Part shown: piece by piece, positions 46,693-56,647 of the stretch | Layout: every line of letters starts with the position of its first letter | How positions within the stretch are numbered: the first letter of the stretch is position 1 | Made by a program: the position numbers and the translations under genes | Notes under the pieces: model-generated | Databases searched by the model: none | Told to the model about the DNA's origin: nothing | The model's input: only the letters and a program-made list of their open reading frames with translations | Assembly: GCF_036499745.1 (NCBI RefSeq) | Contig: NZ_DASYDG010000033.1 | Span: 33,662 to 97,661 of the forward strand | Source: Pinirhizobacter sp. | GTDB taxonomy: Bacteria > Pseudomonadota > Gammaproteobacteria > Xanthomonadales > Rhodanobacteraceae | Direction of reading: 5' to 3' | Length of the DNA stretch: 64,000 nt

Positions 46693-46864
46693 TTTCCATT
46701 GCTCCCTTCAGATACCGACCAGCATCGCTCCATGCGATTTCGACCCCGCGTGACGCATCACTGAGAATCGCCTCACGACGATTGCGGTGGTAGGAGGCCT
46801 GACCCACGCCAAAAACGCTTATCAGGCCCCGAACGAACGCATTGGATTCGGTTTTAGTGGCCAT
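46640..46864 (-). CDS. Small hypothetical protein (74 aa)
   Basis: Good RBS (AGGAG) and ATG; AFVRGLISVFG...AWSDAGRYLKGAM pattern. Confidence 0.7.
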   Translation of the reverse strand: MATKTESNAFVRGLISVFGVGQASYHRNRREAILSDASRGVEIAWSDAGRYLKGAMENEPVGRRGTRRASKGVR

Positions 46865-46929
46865 CGTTGCTGACTCCTACCCGTGCTGGGCGTGCGAATA
46901 AGTGTATCCACATCACACGCCTCCTGCGA

Positions 46930-48303
46930 CTAACCCAGTGTAGGTGCCGTCCGCTTCTTCACTGCATAACCGATTGCCAGCAACACGAACCATACAGGGC
47001 TAGCCATCAGCGCGGCACGCGTATCGGCCTGCAACGTCAACAGCACCAGTACGAAGACGAAGAACACCAGACAGGCCCAGCACATGAACACACCGCCGGG
47101 CATCTTGTACTTCGATGCCTCGTGCAGATGCGGACGCTTGCGCCGGTACGCCATATAGGCGAACAGGATCAGCGACCAGACGAACATGAAGAGCACGGCT
47201 GAGAGCGTGGTGACCAGCGTGAACGCAGTGACCAGATCGGGCACCACGTACACCATCGTCGCGCCCAGCAGCAGGATGAAGCATGAGAACAGCAGCCCGC
47301 GCGCGGGCACGGCGGCCTTCGACAGCCTGGAGAATGCCTTCGGTGCATGGCCTTCCTCAGCCAGGCCGTAGAGCATGCGGCTGGTGCTGAAGATGCCGCT
47401 GTTGGAGCTGGAAGTGGCCGAGGTCAGCACCACGAAATTGATCAGGCTGGCCGCGGCGGGGATCCCCGCCAGCACAAACAGTTCTACGAACGGGCTCTTG
47501 CCCGGCAGCACCTGGCGCCAGGGCGTGACCGTCATGATCACCACCAGGGCCAGCACGTAGAAGATGATGATGCGCACGGGGATCGAGTTGATCGCCTTGG
47601 GCAGGTTGCGCTCAGGGTCAGCGGTTTCCGCCGCCGTGGTACCCACCAGCTCAATGCCGACGAAAGCGAACACGGCAATCTGGAACCCGGCGAAGAAACC
47701 ACCGATTCCCGTGGGGAAGAAACCGCCGTCGTTCCAGAGGTTGGCAAGGCTCGCCTTGTTGCCCGAAGACGAGGTGAAGCCCCAGGCCACCAGGCCCACG
47801 CCTGTGATGATGAGCGCCACGATGGCGACGATCTTGATCAGCGCGAACCAGAATTCCATCTCGCCGAACAGCCTTACCGTGACCAGGTTCAAGGTAAGCA
47901 ACAGCAGTACGCAAAGCACCGCGGGTATCCAGGCAGGCATGCCCGGGAACCAGTACTGCACGTAGGCGGCGATGGCGATCACATCGGCAATCGCCGTGAT
48001 GATCCAGCAGAACCAGTATGTCCAGCCGCAGTAGAAGCCTGCCCATGGGCCCAGGAGGTCGGTGGAGAAGTCGATGAACGACTTGTATTCGAGGTTCGAC
48101 AACAACAACTCGCCCATCGCCCGCATCACGAAGAACAGCATCACGCCGATGATCAGGTACACCAGCAGGATCGACGGCCCGGCCAGGCTGATGGTTTTCC
48201 CCGACCCCATGAATAACCCGGTACCGATGGCACCGCCGATGGCGATCAGTTGCAGGTGGCGGTTGGAAAGACTGCGGCGGAGGTGATCGGGCTCAGGTTG
48301 CAT
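46930..48303 (-). CDS. cycA: Amino-acid permease, D-serine/D-alanine/glycine transporter type
   Basis: LSNRHLQLIAIGGAIGTGLFMGSGKTI, RLFGEMEFWFALIKI, AFVGIELVG, NSGIFSTSRMLYGL. Confidence 0.9.
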   Translation of the reverse strand: MQPEPDHLRRSLSNRHLQLIAIGGAIGTGLFMGSGKTISLAGPSILLVYLIIGVMLFFVMRAMGELLLSNLEYKSFIDFSTDLLGPWAGFYCGWTYWFCWIITAIADVIAIAAYVQYWFPGMPAWIPAVLCVLLLLTLNLVTVRLFGEMEFWFALIKIVAIVALIITGVGLVAWGFTSSSGNKASLANLWNDGGFFPTGIGGFFAGFQIAVFAFVGIELVGTTAAETADPERNLPKAINSIPVRIIIFYVLALVVIMTVTPWRQVLPGKSPFVELFVLAGIPAAASLINFVVLTSATSSSNSGIFSTSRMLYGLAEEGHAPKAFSRLSKAAVPARGLLFSCFILLLGATMVYVVPDLVTAFTLVTTLSAVLFMFVWSLILFAYMAYRRKRPHLHEASKYKMPGGVFMCWACLVFFVFVLVLLTLQADTRAALMASPVWFVLLAIGYAVKKRTAPTLG

Positions 48304-48382
48304 CGAATGGGATCGCTCGCGGGATATTCCCTCTGACGATAGCAGCCATGCGGCCCGCCGCGAAGCCGTGCCCTGGCCGGAT

Positions 48383-49546
48383 CTACCGGCCCACCATCAT
48401 GGCAAACCACTCCCAGCCCCGCAGACGTCCGGCCACCAGCTTGGCGCTGGTAAGCATCGGCACCGCCAGCAACGCGCCCGGGATGCCCCACAGCCAGCCC
48501 CACACCAGCAGCCACAACAGGATGGCCACCGGCGACAGCCGCATGCGGCGGCCCTGGATCAGCGGGGTGATCACGTTGCCCTCGATGGCCGTGATCGCAG
48601 CGAAGCTCAACGCGGGCAACATGGCCGTACCGGCATCGTTGAAGTGCAGCAGACCCACCAGGCATAACACCACCGTGGTGGTAATGGCGCCCACGTAAGG
48701 CACGAAGTTGAAGAGCATGGCCACCGCGCCCCACAGCAGCGGGTCGGGCACGCCATAGCCATAAAGCATCGCCGCGGTGATCAGGCCCAGGCCGGCGTTG
48801 ATCGCCATCGTTGTCAGCAGGTACCGCGATACCTCCGACTGGATACTTCGCACGATCGATACCGTGTGCCGCTTCTGGGCGAAGGTCGGCGATACCTCCA
48901 CCGCCCGCCGCAACAGTTCATCGCCATAGATCAGGAAGAAGAACACCAGCAGCGCCACGGTCAGCACGCTTGCCATCACCTTCGGCGCACCGGTGATGAC
49001 ATCCCATGAACTGAATACCGCCACCGGCGCCGGCTGGCCGGCACGCGGGTTGCCGCCCACCAGGTTCTGCGTGGCACGGCTGGCCGCTTCCAGTTGCTGC
49101 GTCATGGGTTTGATCTTCGGCGCCAGCTGGCGCATGGCTTCAGGCGCCTGGTGGAACCAGTTCAGCGCCGCCGGCGCCAGCATGCTGGTGCCGCCGCCTA
49201 CGGCCCCGCCCAGGGCCAACATCACCACGCAGGCACTGAGCCAGCGTGGTACCCCCAACCTTGCGCCAAACGAAACGATGGGGTTCAGTCCCAGGCCGAT
49301 GAAGCCGGCCAGCAACAAGGGGATCAACAGCGGCTTGCCGATGGTCACCGTGTAAATGATGGCCAGGAACAGCATGGTCTGCAGCACCAGTCGGATCGAC
49401 CGCATGTGCCGCGAGATGCGGCGGATCGAGGTGCCATTGAGCTTGCGGTGGTGTTCGCGAAGGATCGGCGCTTTCAACAAGGCCGCGGCGCCGGGGGCCA
49501 CGGCTGGTGTGGCCGGGGTCGGCGGCGTCGCCTGCAGGTCGCTCAT
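48383..49546 (-). CDS. AI-2E family transporter
   Basis: FFFLIYG, YLLTTMAINAGLG, FNFVPYVG, IEGNVITPLIQG, WGWLWGIPGALLAVP. Confidence 0.9.
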   Translation of the reverse strand: MSDLQATPPTPATPAVAPGAAALLKAPILREHHRKLNGTSIRRISRHMRSIRLVLQTMLFLAIIYTVTIGKPLLIPLLLAGFIGLGLNPIVSFGARLGVPRWLSACVVMLALGGAVGGGTSMLAPAALNWFHQAPEAMRQLAPKIKPMTQQLEAASRATQNLVGGNPRAGQPAPVAVFSSWDVITGAPKVMASVLTVALLVFFFLIYGDELLRRAVEVSPTFAQKRHTVSIVRSIQSEVSRYLLTTMAINAGLGLITAAMLYGYGVPDPLLWGAVAMLFNFVPYVGAITTTVVLCLVGLLHFNDAGTAMLPALSFAAITAIEGNVITPLIQGRRMRLSPVAILLWLLVWGWLWGIPGALLAVPMLTSAKLVAGRLRGWEWFAMMVGR

Positions 49547-49839
49547 GAGTTGCCGCCGTCCCCGCCACCCATGAAATTCCCGGCGGCGAGCATCACCGCG
49601 CGGGTGGCAAGTTCCGTCGCTCCACCGGAAAGCATCGAAACCAGCCCCGGCACGCGCAACGGATTGACATCCAGCACGCCAAGCACCACGCCCACACCCG
49701 TTGCGGCGGACACCACTGTCAACGGATGCTCATAGCCCTTGGCGTAGAGCGATGCCGCCAGTGCGGCCACGGCTTCGCGCGAAGCGCGGACCTCAGCCTG
49801 GGCCAGGCGGACGGCGGCGATGTTCTTGAAGACGCTCAT
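49543..49839 (-). CDS. Small membrane protein (YqjK-like position)
   Basis: 98 aa; ATGA coupling to the AI-2E gene; hydrophobic core; context after YqjD/E-like genes. Confidence 0.65.
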   Translation of the reverse strand: MSVFKNIAAVRLAQAEVRASREAVAALAASLYAKGYEHPLTVVSAATGVGVVLGVLDVNPLRVPGLVSMLSGGATELATRAVMLAAGNFMGGGDGGNS

Positions 49840-50281
49840 GTTCTGCCCCTTCCTTTCGACCGCGTTCGGTCGCCTCGTGTACCAGGGCGCGCATTTCCGC
49901 GCGCGTCACCGGCATGCCCAGCCAGGCCATGCACCGCTTGAACACGGTGATGGCGCCCAACAGCAACAGCAACTGGATCACTGCCAGCGCACCCAGTGCC
50001 CAGGCCCACGATCCGAACCATTGGGCCAGACCCCAGCCCAGCAGCGCGAGCAGTGTAAGGCCCAATGCCACCGCAAAGGTGGTGGCGGCCAGTGCCATGA
50101 ACAGCATCACCACGATGCCGCTTTTGGCCAGCCGCACCTCCGCCCCGAAAAGCTTGAAATGGCTTCCGAAGACCTGCCTGATCCCACTGGCAAGCTGGCC
50201 CAACTCCGCCGTCCAGGAGGGTTCCGGTGGGTTCGGCGGATCTTCCGGCGGCGGTACGCCGGCAGTTCCTGGATCAGTCAT
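49793..50281 (-). CDS. YqjE-like membrane protein (phage_holin_3_6 family)
   Basis: KLFGAEVRLAK followed by two TM helices; lies between DUF883 and YqjK-like genes. Confidence 0.7.
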   Translation of the reverse strand: MTDPGTAGVPPPEDPPNPPEPSWTAELGQLASGIRQVFGSHFKLFGAEVRLAKSGIVVMLFMALAATTFAVALGLTLLALLGWGLAQWFGSWAWALGALAVIQLLLLLGAITVFKRCMAWLGMPVTRAEMRALVHEATERGRKEGAEHERLQEHRRRPPGPG

Positions 50282-50323
50282 CCGCCGCCCCTGGTCGTCT
50301 GGTTGGGTACAGGTGCGTGATGA

Positions 50324-50704
50324 TCAGCGACGCAGGATGCGGCCGGCAAGCCAGCCGGCGGCCAGCGCGATGGCGAGCGACTGGACTGGCTTCTCGCGGA
50401 CGTATTCGCGGGCGGTTTCCAGCCATTCGTCGGTGCGTTCGCGGGCGTCGCCAACCACTTCACGCGCACGCTCTGAGTATTCATTGACCTTTTCCGTGGC
50501 ATGGGTGGCACCGGCAGCGGCCTTGTCGGTGGCGCCATGCAGGCTTGTCTCCACTTTATCGGCCGCGCGGTCCACCGCGTCCTTGGTCTTCTCCACCGCG
50601 TTGCTGGTGGCCTGCTTCACGCGCTCGGCGCGCTCCTCGATACGTTCGGCGGCGCTGACCGTGTTGGCGGCAGCGACGACGGCCGGTTCGACCTGCTTAT
50701 TCAT
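50324..50704 (-). CDS. DUF883/ElaB/YqjD family tail-anchored protein
   Basis: Helical Ala/Glu-rich body; YVREKPVQSLAIALAAGWLAGRILRR tail. Confidence 0.88.
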   Translation of the reverse strand: MNKQVEPAVVAAANTVSAAERIEERAERVKQATSNAVEKTKDAVDRAADKVETSLHGATDKAAAGATHATEKVNEYSERAREVVGDARERTDEWLETAREYVREKPVQSLAIALAAGWLAGRILRR

Positions 50705-50847
50705 GGGGATCTCCAGTCCGGGCGGGTGCTCGCCACGTAGCCACCTTAGGGTAGTGGCACGCGGTCTTGCTTAACCATTAAGGCCCGCCCCGCGCGCACT
50801 GGGCGTGAACGAAGTGCGGGTAAAACCACGACGCGCTGTGCGGGCGT

Positions 50848-51990
50848 TCATTTTCCTGATTTCTTGCCGGTTTTCGGCGCATCCTTCCTGGGCGCGCCAG
50901 GTACCTTGGTATAAGTCACGCGGTATACCGCCCCGGCCAGGTCATCGCTCACCAGCAGTGAGCCATCGCCCAAAGGCTGCACGTCCACCGGGCGCCCCCA
51001 GGCCTGTTCACCCTGCTTGAAGCCGTCGATGAACACCTTGTAGTCGCTCACCCGATCGCCCTGGATGTCCACGCTCATCACCCGGTAGCCGGATTTGGCA
51101 CTGCGGTTCCACGAACCGTGTTCGGCGATGAACAGCACCTGGTGATAATCGCTGGGGAACGCCTTGCCTTCATAGAAGCGAAGGCCCAGCGCCGCCACAT
51201 GCGCCCCCAGCTTCAACGCCGGTGGCGTGTAATCGGCGCAGTGCTTGCCCTTGCCGAATTCCGGATCGAGCGTGTCGCCCTGGTGGCAGTAGGGAAAACC
51301 GAAATGCTGGCCCGGCTTGGTGACATGGTTGAGTTCGTCGCTGGGCAGGTCGTCGCCCATCATGTCCCGCCCGTTGTCGGTGAGCCACAGGGTGCCGTCC
51401 TGGTTCCAGGTGAAGCCCACGGTGTTGCGCAACCCCAATGCTACGTCTTCCACACCCGAGCCATCGGGATTCATGCGGGTGAGCTTGGCGTAGCCTTTTT
51501 GATCGCAGACGTTGCACGGTGCGCCGATCGGCACGTACAGCTTGCCATCGGGTCCGAAGGCGAGGAATTTCCCACCGTGATGGGCGTCGCGGGTGAGCTT
51601 GTCGGTCACCAGCTCAGGCTTCGGCGGGTCATCCAGGTGGCTTTCGATGTCGCGCAGCACCACGATGCGGCTGATCGCCGATATGTAAAGATCGCCGCCC
51701 TTGAAGGCGATGCCGATGGGCTGGGTCAGCCCGCTGGCCACCACGCGCACCTTGTCCGCCTTGCCCGAACCGTCGGTATCGGTAAGCGCGTAGACCTTGC
51801 CGGCGTCACTGGAGCCGACGAAAACCGTGCCATGGCCGCCGATGGCGATCTCGCGCGCATCGGGCACCTTGTCGCTATAGATGGCGATATGGAAGCCCGG
51901 CGGCAGGGTGAGCTTGTCGAGCTCCGGCGCCGCGTAAGCCGCCGGGGCGAGGGCCACCAGGCCCAGGATAGTGATCAGTGAAGCGCGCAT
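50848..51990 (-). CDS. PQQ-dependent sugar/sorbosone dehydrogenase family protein
   Basis: Signal peptide MRASLITILGLVALAPAAYA; FGPDGKLYV; GLRNTVG; DNGRD; AEHGSWNR; GRPVDV. The ORF-track start at 52767 is a shadow extension. Confidence 0.88.
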   Translation of the reverse strand: MRASLITILGLVALAPAAYAAPELDKLTLPPGFHIAIYSDKVPDAREIAIGGHGTVFVGSSDAGKVYALTDTDGSGKADKVRVVASGLTQPIGIAFKGGDLYISAISRIVVLRDIESHLDDPPKPELVTDKLTRDAHHGGKFLAFGPDGKLYVPIGAPCNVCDQKGYAKLTRMNPDGSGVEDVALGLRNTVGFTWNQDGTLWLTDNGRDMMGDDLPSDELNHVTKPGQHFGFPYCHQGDTLDPEFGKGKHCADYTPPALKLGAHVAALGLRFYEGKAFPSDYHQVLFIAEHGSWNRSAKSGYRVMSVDIQGDRVSDYKVFIDGFKQGEQAWGRPVDVQPLGDGSLLVSDDLAGAVYRVTYTKVPGAPRKDAPKTGKKSGK

Positions 51991-52152
51991 CGGGGCCACT
52001 CTCGCCGGCTGGGCCGCTGAGGGTACTACCCGCGCCCTCGCCCCTGCCATCGTCCGGTTGCCGGGTATGGCGAAACCGCCGCGCTCGGCTAGACTCCTCC
52101 ACGCGGGGAATTCTTGCGATCGACAACATTCAACCGGAAGTAAGGGGAAGGT

Positions 52153-52770
52153 ATGGATCAGGCAAGCATCGTCACCCGGGTCAAGCAGATCCTGGGCTCG
52201 CCACGCACCGAGTGGCCGCTGATCGCGGCAGAGCCGGCGACCATCAAGGGGCTCTACCTCAACTACATCGCCATTCTGGCGGCGATACCGCCACTGGCCG
52301 GCTTCATCCGCAACAGCCTGATCGGCAATGGCGCCTTCGGCATCACCATCCGCACCCCGATCCCGCAGGGGATCATCCTGGCGGTGCTCACCTACGCCTT
52401 GAGCCTGGTGGTGGTGTACGTGGTGGCGCTGATCGTCAACGCGCTGGCGTCGACCTTCGATGGCCGCCAGGACATGGTGCAGGCGCTCAAGGTGGTGGCT
52501 TATTCCTATACCGCCGCATGGGTGGCGGGGATCTTCATCATCCTGCCGTGGCTTGGCTGGCTGGTGGCGCTGGCCGGCGCCATCTACAGCATCTACCTGA
52601 TGTACCTGGGCATGTCGCCGGTGATGAAAAACCCGCCGCAGAAGTCGGCCGGCTACACCGCGCTGGCGGTGGTGATCGCCGTGGTACTGCAGTGGCTGGT
52701 GGGCCTGGTGCTGTTCATGGCCATCGGCGGCGCGGCGATTTCCGCGGCGGCGCTGTCCAACCCGCACTGA
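52153..52770 (+). CDS. Yip1 family membrane protein
   Basis: ILGSPRTEWPLI, ALKVVAYSYTAAWVAG, YSIYLMYLG. Confidence 0.88.
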   Translation: MDQASIVTRVKQILGSPRTEWPLIAAEPATIKGLYLNYIAILAAIPPLAGFIRNSLIGNGAFGITIRTPIPQGIILAVLTYALSLVVVYVVALIVNALASTFDGRQDMVQALKVVAYSYTAAWVAGIFIILPWLGWLVALAGAIYSIYLMYLGMSPVMKNPPQKSAGYTALAVVIAVVLQWLVGLVLFMAIGGAAISAAALSNPH

Positions 52771-52787
52771 AGGTACCGAGGCTGATG

Positions 52788-52831
52788 AGGGGCCGGGTAG
52801 CGGCTAGCCGTTACCCGGCCCCTTGTTTTTT
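52788..52831. terminator. Rho-independent terminator
   Basis: AGGGGCCGGGTA...TACCCGGCCCCT followed by TGTTTTTT. Confidence 0.8.
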
Positions 52832-53835
52832 CAGGCGTCCGCGATCGCGTTGAAGCGGGCGGTGATGTACTCGTCGGTGAAGCTGGTCATGTCCCAGCCG
52901 CGGATGAAACCGCAATGACCGCCATGGGCGGCGATGTCCAGCTCGATGTTCGAAGGCAACGTCAACTGGCGGAAGGCGCCGATGGGAATCACCGGGTCGT
53001 CCTCGGCGGTGAAGATGGTGGCGGGCAAGGTCATGCCGCGCAGGCGATCGCCGGCCACCGAGTAGCCTTCCAGGTAACTTTCCAGCGAGTCAAAATCCGT
53101 GTGGCGCAGCACCAGCGAGCGGGTGAGGTCGCGCATGTTCTGCTTCAGTTCCGCCAGCTCGAAGTACTGCTGGTTAGGAAAGGCGTTCTGCTTCATGCGC
53201 AACGAACGCCGCCACTTCTGCATGAAATAAGCGTGGTAGAACCACGGCGCTTCCTTCTCGAGGGAAAACAGCCCCTCGGCCGGGTCGATGATCGGGCATA
53301 CGGCCAGGGTGTAGTCGAGCGGAATGCCCTCCGCCGGCGCCCTCATGCCCACGCGCAGGGCAAAATTCCCCCCTAAGGAAAACCCCGCCAGGGCCATGCA
53401 GCGCGACGGCCAGCGCCGGGCGATGTCGCCTACCGCGTGCACCACTTCGTCGATGCGGCATGAATGGAACAGCGATTCGTTCAGCGGATGGCTGTCGCCG
53501 TGGTCGCGGAAGTTCAGCCGGAAGATGTCCCAGCCTTCGTCGAGAAGGCGGCTTCCAGTCTGCAGCACATAAGTGGAGTCGACGCTGCCTTCCCAGCCGT
53601 GGAACAACACGGCCAGTCCCCGCGACGCACGCCCGGTGCTTTGCGCGGTATAGGCGCCGGACAAACGGATACCCGGACCACCTTCCACCATTACATCCTG
53701 GGCGCCCTCGCGCACCTTGTGCGCGGCCTTGGGCAGCAGGAAGCTCCGTATGCCCGACGATGACAGCATGGTCTGGATGTGGCCGCTGCGCAGCGCCCAG
53801 GGCGGTTTGAAATCTGCCCCCCGAGGCAGGCTCAT
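52831..53835 (-). CDS. YheT-family alpha/beta hydrolase
   Basis: SGHIQT, HGWEGS, RLNFRDHG, GFSLGGN, EDDPVI, HGGHCGF. Confidence 0.9.
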   Translation of the reverse strand: MSLPRGADFKPPWALRSGHIQTMLSSSGIRSFLLPKAAHKVREGAQDVMVEGGPGIRLSGAYTAQSTGRASRGLAVLFHGWEGSVDSTYVLQTGSRLLDEGWDIFRLNFRDHGDSHPLNESLFHSCRIDEVVHAVGDIARRWPSRCMALAGFSLGGNFALRVGMRAPAEGIPLDYTLAVCPIIDPAEGLFSLEKEAPWFYHAYFMQKWRRSLRMKQNAFPNQQYFELAELKQNMRDLTRSLVLRHTDFDSLESYLEGYSVAGDRLRGMTLPATIFTAEDDPVIPIGAFRQLTLPSNIELDIAAHGGHCGFIRGWDMTSFTDEYITARFNAIADA

Positions 53836-54656
53836 GCCGGTTCCCCGGCCCCCGCCGCGGCCGGTACCGGCCCCAGCGATTGTTCGATGCGCGCGCGCGA
53901 AGCCTCGGCCATGCGGCGGCGCGCATCGGGGCTGGCGGGCACGGGCTCCAGGAAATGGACTTCCGCATCCAGGGGCGCCTCGCCCAGCAGGCGCACGAAA
54001 TTGCCCATGAACGACTCGCCTTCGCGGAAACCAGCGTCGATCAGGCGTTTACCATTCCGGGCAAAGCGCAGCGCCACCGGCTGCACGGGTACCTCGGCAT
54101 CGAGCGCGGCCTGGAAGATGCGCGCGTGGAATACCCGCAGTACGCCGTTGTAGCCGCTTCCCCCCTCAGGGAATACTGCCACCGAGCGGCCGGCGCGCAG
54201 GCGCTCGACCATCACCTGCATCACCGACGCCAGCGAGTGGTTGCTGCCCCGGCGGTGGAAGATGGTGCCGCCGCGCGCGGCCATCCAGCCCACCAGCGGC
54301 CAGCCGGCGATCTCGGCCTTGGCCACGAAGCAGGCGGCGCGCTGGGTGTGCATCAGTTCGATGTCCAGCCACGAGGTGTGGTTGGCCACGAACATCACTG
54401 GGTCCGCCAGCGGCTTGCCGAAGCGCCGGCTGCGGAAGCCGAAGATACGCAGCAGCCAGGTGGACCACAGCCGGATGGCCCGATGGCCGAAGGGCTCGCG
54501 GCCATCCTTCATCACGCCTTGCGACCAGCTAAGGATGAGCGCGCAGATCAACACGCCGAACAGCACGTGCAGCACGAGCAAAGGGATACGCCACAGGTAG
54601 CGCCAGGGGCGCATGCGGTCGGGGGGTGCCTGGCTGGCAGCGTCGGGGGTCATCAA
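53832..54656 (-). CDS. Lysophospholipid acyltransferase (PlsC-like)
   Basis: VANHTSWLD (HX4D), FVAKAEI, VFPEG, VQPVAL. Confidence 0.92.
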   Translation of the reverse strand: MMTPDAASQAPPDRMRPWRYLWRIPLLVLHVLFGVLICALILSWSQGVMKDGREPFGHRAIRLWSTWLLRIFGFRSRRFGKPLADPVMFVANHTSWLDIELMHTQRAACFVAKAEIAGWPLVGWMAARGGTIFHRRGSNHSLASVMQVMVERLRAGRSVAVFPEGGSGYNGVLRVFHARIFQAALDAEVPVQPVALRFARNGKRLIDAGFREGESFMGNFVRLLGEAPLDAEVHFLEPVPASPDARRRMAEASRARIEQSLGPVPAAAGAGEPA

Positions 54657-54666
54657 GCCTGCAAGA

Positions 54667-55152
54667 TTAACCAGCCGCGCGCGAAGCCGCCAGAGGGAGC
54701 GCCGCCGAACGCTTCACCGTGCGTAGTACGAAGCTTGAATTGACGTCGGCCACGCCCGCCGCGTTGAGCAGCCGGTCGAGCAGGAAGCGGGAGAAGCCTT
54801 CGAGGTCGGCCACGTACACGTGCATGAGGTAGTCCATGTCGCCGGTGAGTGCATAGCAGTCGACCACTTCCTCCCAGTCGCGCACGCGCTCGACGAAGCC
54901 CTCGATGCTGGTGTTGTCGTGTTTCTCCAGCTGCACGCGGACGAAAGCCTGCAGCCCCAGGCCCACCGCCGCCGGATCCACCCGGGCGGCGTAGCCGGCG
55001 ATCACCCCCTCGGCCTCCAGCTTCTGCACCCGACGCAGGCAGGCCGAGGGTGACAGGTTCGCCATATCGGCCAGTTCCGCGTTGGTTACCCGGCCCTGGG
55101 TTTGCAGGGTGGCGAGGATGCGCAGATCGGTCTTGTCCAGGGAAATCGTCAT
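54667..55152 (-). CDS. Lrp/AsnC-family regulator (divergent from phhA)
   Basis: LDKTDLRILATLQ, LSPSACLRRVQKLEAEGVI, CYALTGDMDY. Confidence 0.95.
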   Translation of the reverse strand: MTISLDKTDLRILATLQTQGRVTNAELADMANLSPSACLRRVQKLEAEGVIAGYAARVDPAAVGLGLQAFVRVQLEKHDNTSIEGFVERVRDWEEVVDCYALTGDMDYLMHVYVADLEGFSRFLLDRLLNAAGVADVNSSFVLRTVKRSAALPLAASRAAG

Positions 55153-55278
55153 TTTATTGCGTCAAGTTGGCTTTCACATCGAGTATGTTGCGCCAATAGC
55201 CTCCCATGACGCAACAAAACAAGCTTATTGCGTGTGTTCGCCGCTAATCTAGGGCTAACCAACTACTGAGCCACCGTC

Positions 55279-56166
55279 ATGCAGACTCCCCGTCGCGTTG
55301 AACACCAGCAAACCGATCGCGGTTACGTGCCGGTGTACGCCACGGGCGTGGTCGACCAGCCCTGGGACAGCTACACCGCCACCGACCACCAGGTGTGGAA
55401 CATCCTTTACGAGCGCCAGCGTGCCCTGTTGCCCGCCTATGCCTGCCCGGAATTCCTCGAGGGTGTGGAACGCTTCGGGCTGGGTGACGGCGGCATCCCG
55501 CGCTTCGACCATTTGAACGAAGTGTTGGCCCAGGCTACCGGCTGGCAGCTGGTGGCCGTGGAAGGCCTGCTGCCCGACGAGGTGTTCTTCGACCACCTGG
55601 CCAACCGGCGATTCCCGGTGAGCTGGTGGATCCGCAAGATGGACCAGCTGGACTACCTCTCCGAGCCGGACCTCTTCCACGACCTCTTCGGCCATGTGCC
55701 GCTGCTGCTGAACCCCGTCTTCGCCGACTACATGCAGGCCTATGGCCGCGGCGGCATGAAGGCCCATGCCATCGGCCCCGAGGCGCTGATGAACCTGACG
55801 CGCCTGTACTGGTACACGGTGGAGTTCGGATTGATCCGCACCGACGCGGGCCTTCGCATCTACGGCGCGGGTATCGTCAGCTCCAAGGGTGAGTCCATCT
55901 ACAGCATCGATTCGCCAGCGCCCAACCGCATCGGCTTCGATCTCGCCCGCGTGATGCAGACACGCTACCGCATCGATACCTACCAGCAGACCTACTTCGT
56001 GATCGATAGCTTCGAGCAGCTGTTCGACGCCACGGGGCCGGACTTTACCCCGCTGTATGCGGAGCTGGCCACGCGTCCCGTGCATGCCGCGGGTGATGTA
56101 CTGGAAGGTGACAAGGTGTACCAGCGTGGTACGCGCGAAGGCTGGGCGACGGGTGGTGACAACTAG
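55279..56166 (+). CDS. phhA: Phenylalanine 4-monooxygenase
   Basis: EPDLFHDLFGHVPLL iron ligands, LYWYTVEFGL, IYGAGIVSS, YRIDTYQQTYFVI. Confidence 0.96.
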   Translation: MQTPRRVEHQQTDRGYVPVYATGVVDQPWDSYTATDHQVWNILYERQRALLPAYACPEFLEGVERFGLGDGGIPRFDHLNEVLAQATGWQLVAVEGLLPDEVFFDHLANRRFPVSWWIRKMDQLDYLSEPDLFHDLFGHVPLLLNPVFADYMQAYGRGGMKAHAIGPEALMNLTRLYWYTVEFGLIRTDAGLRIYGAGIVSSKGESIYSIDSPAPNRIGFDLARVMQTRYRIDTYQQTYFVIDSFEQLFDATGPDFTPLYAELATRPVHAAGDVLEGDKVYQRGTREGWATGGDN

Positions 56167-56204
56167 CCTCTGCTTTCGATCGTGTGGCTGAACAGTGCTG
56201 TCGG

Positions 56205-56612
56205 CTACTTATACGCACCCGCTAGACCCACCTTGTAGCCAGCCTTTTTCAGAAAGGCCGTTGCCTTGCCGTTGACGACCAGCAACGTGATCATATTGAC
56301 CAGCGGGATCAGCAGGAAAACGAACGTGATGATCTTCGCCACGATCGACCACCCGAGTTCGCTGGCAATCTTGAAGATACCGAACAGTCCCAACACGACG
56401 CCCCCTAGGCGAAGTACCCAGGAACCCATAATCATGTAGCCGCCCGCGGTCCGGGAAACGTCCAGGTTGGGCAGCACCACGACCAAAGCGACCGCGGCAA
56501 GATTGATAAGAAAGGCACAGATAACTGCCTTCTGCCCTTTTGAAATTTCGCGTGCGGTCAGATCAGTTTTCTGGTTCTGGTTGAACTTGAGGTCGGTGAA
56601 ATTCGGTTCCAT
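56205..56612 (-). CDS. Small hypothetical membrane protein (135 aa)
   Basis: Three to four hydrophobic segments; PLVNMITLLVVNGKAT..LKKAGYKVG; 35 nt downstream of the autotransporter. Confidence 0.75.
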   Translation of the reverse strand: MEPNFTDLKFNQNQKTDLTAREISKGQKAVICAFLINLAAVALVVVLPNLDVSRTAGGYMIMGSWVLRLGGVVLGLFGIFKIASELGWSIVAKIITFVFLLIPLVNMITLLVVNGKATAFLKKAGYKVGLAGAYK

Positions 56613-56647
56613 GGACTGCCCCTGTCATCGTGACGATGGATTGAACG

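Noticed and set aside
49793-50281. Holin-like protein as evidence of a prophage
   Set aside because: YqjE-like member of a conserved bacterial DUF883/YqjE/YqjK operon; no phage genes nearby.
51991-52767. N-terminal 259 aa of the 639-aa ORF 50848-52767
   Set aside because: Antisense to the Yip1 gene. The real dehydrogenase starts at the signal peptide at 51990, so this is not a fusion.
55153-55232. TTGCGTCA/TGACGCAA dyad and TTATTGCGT repeats upstream of phhA
   Set aside because: Plausible Lrp-type sites but too degenerate and widely spaced to call; the Lrp-phhA arrangement is ordinary.
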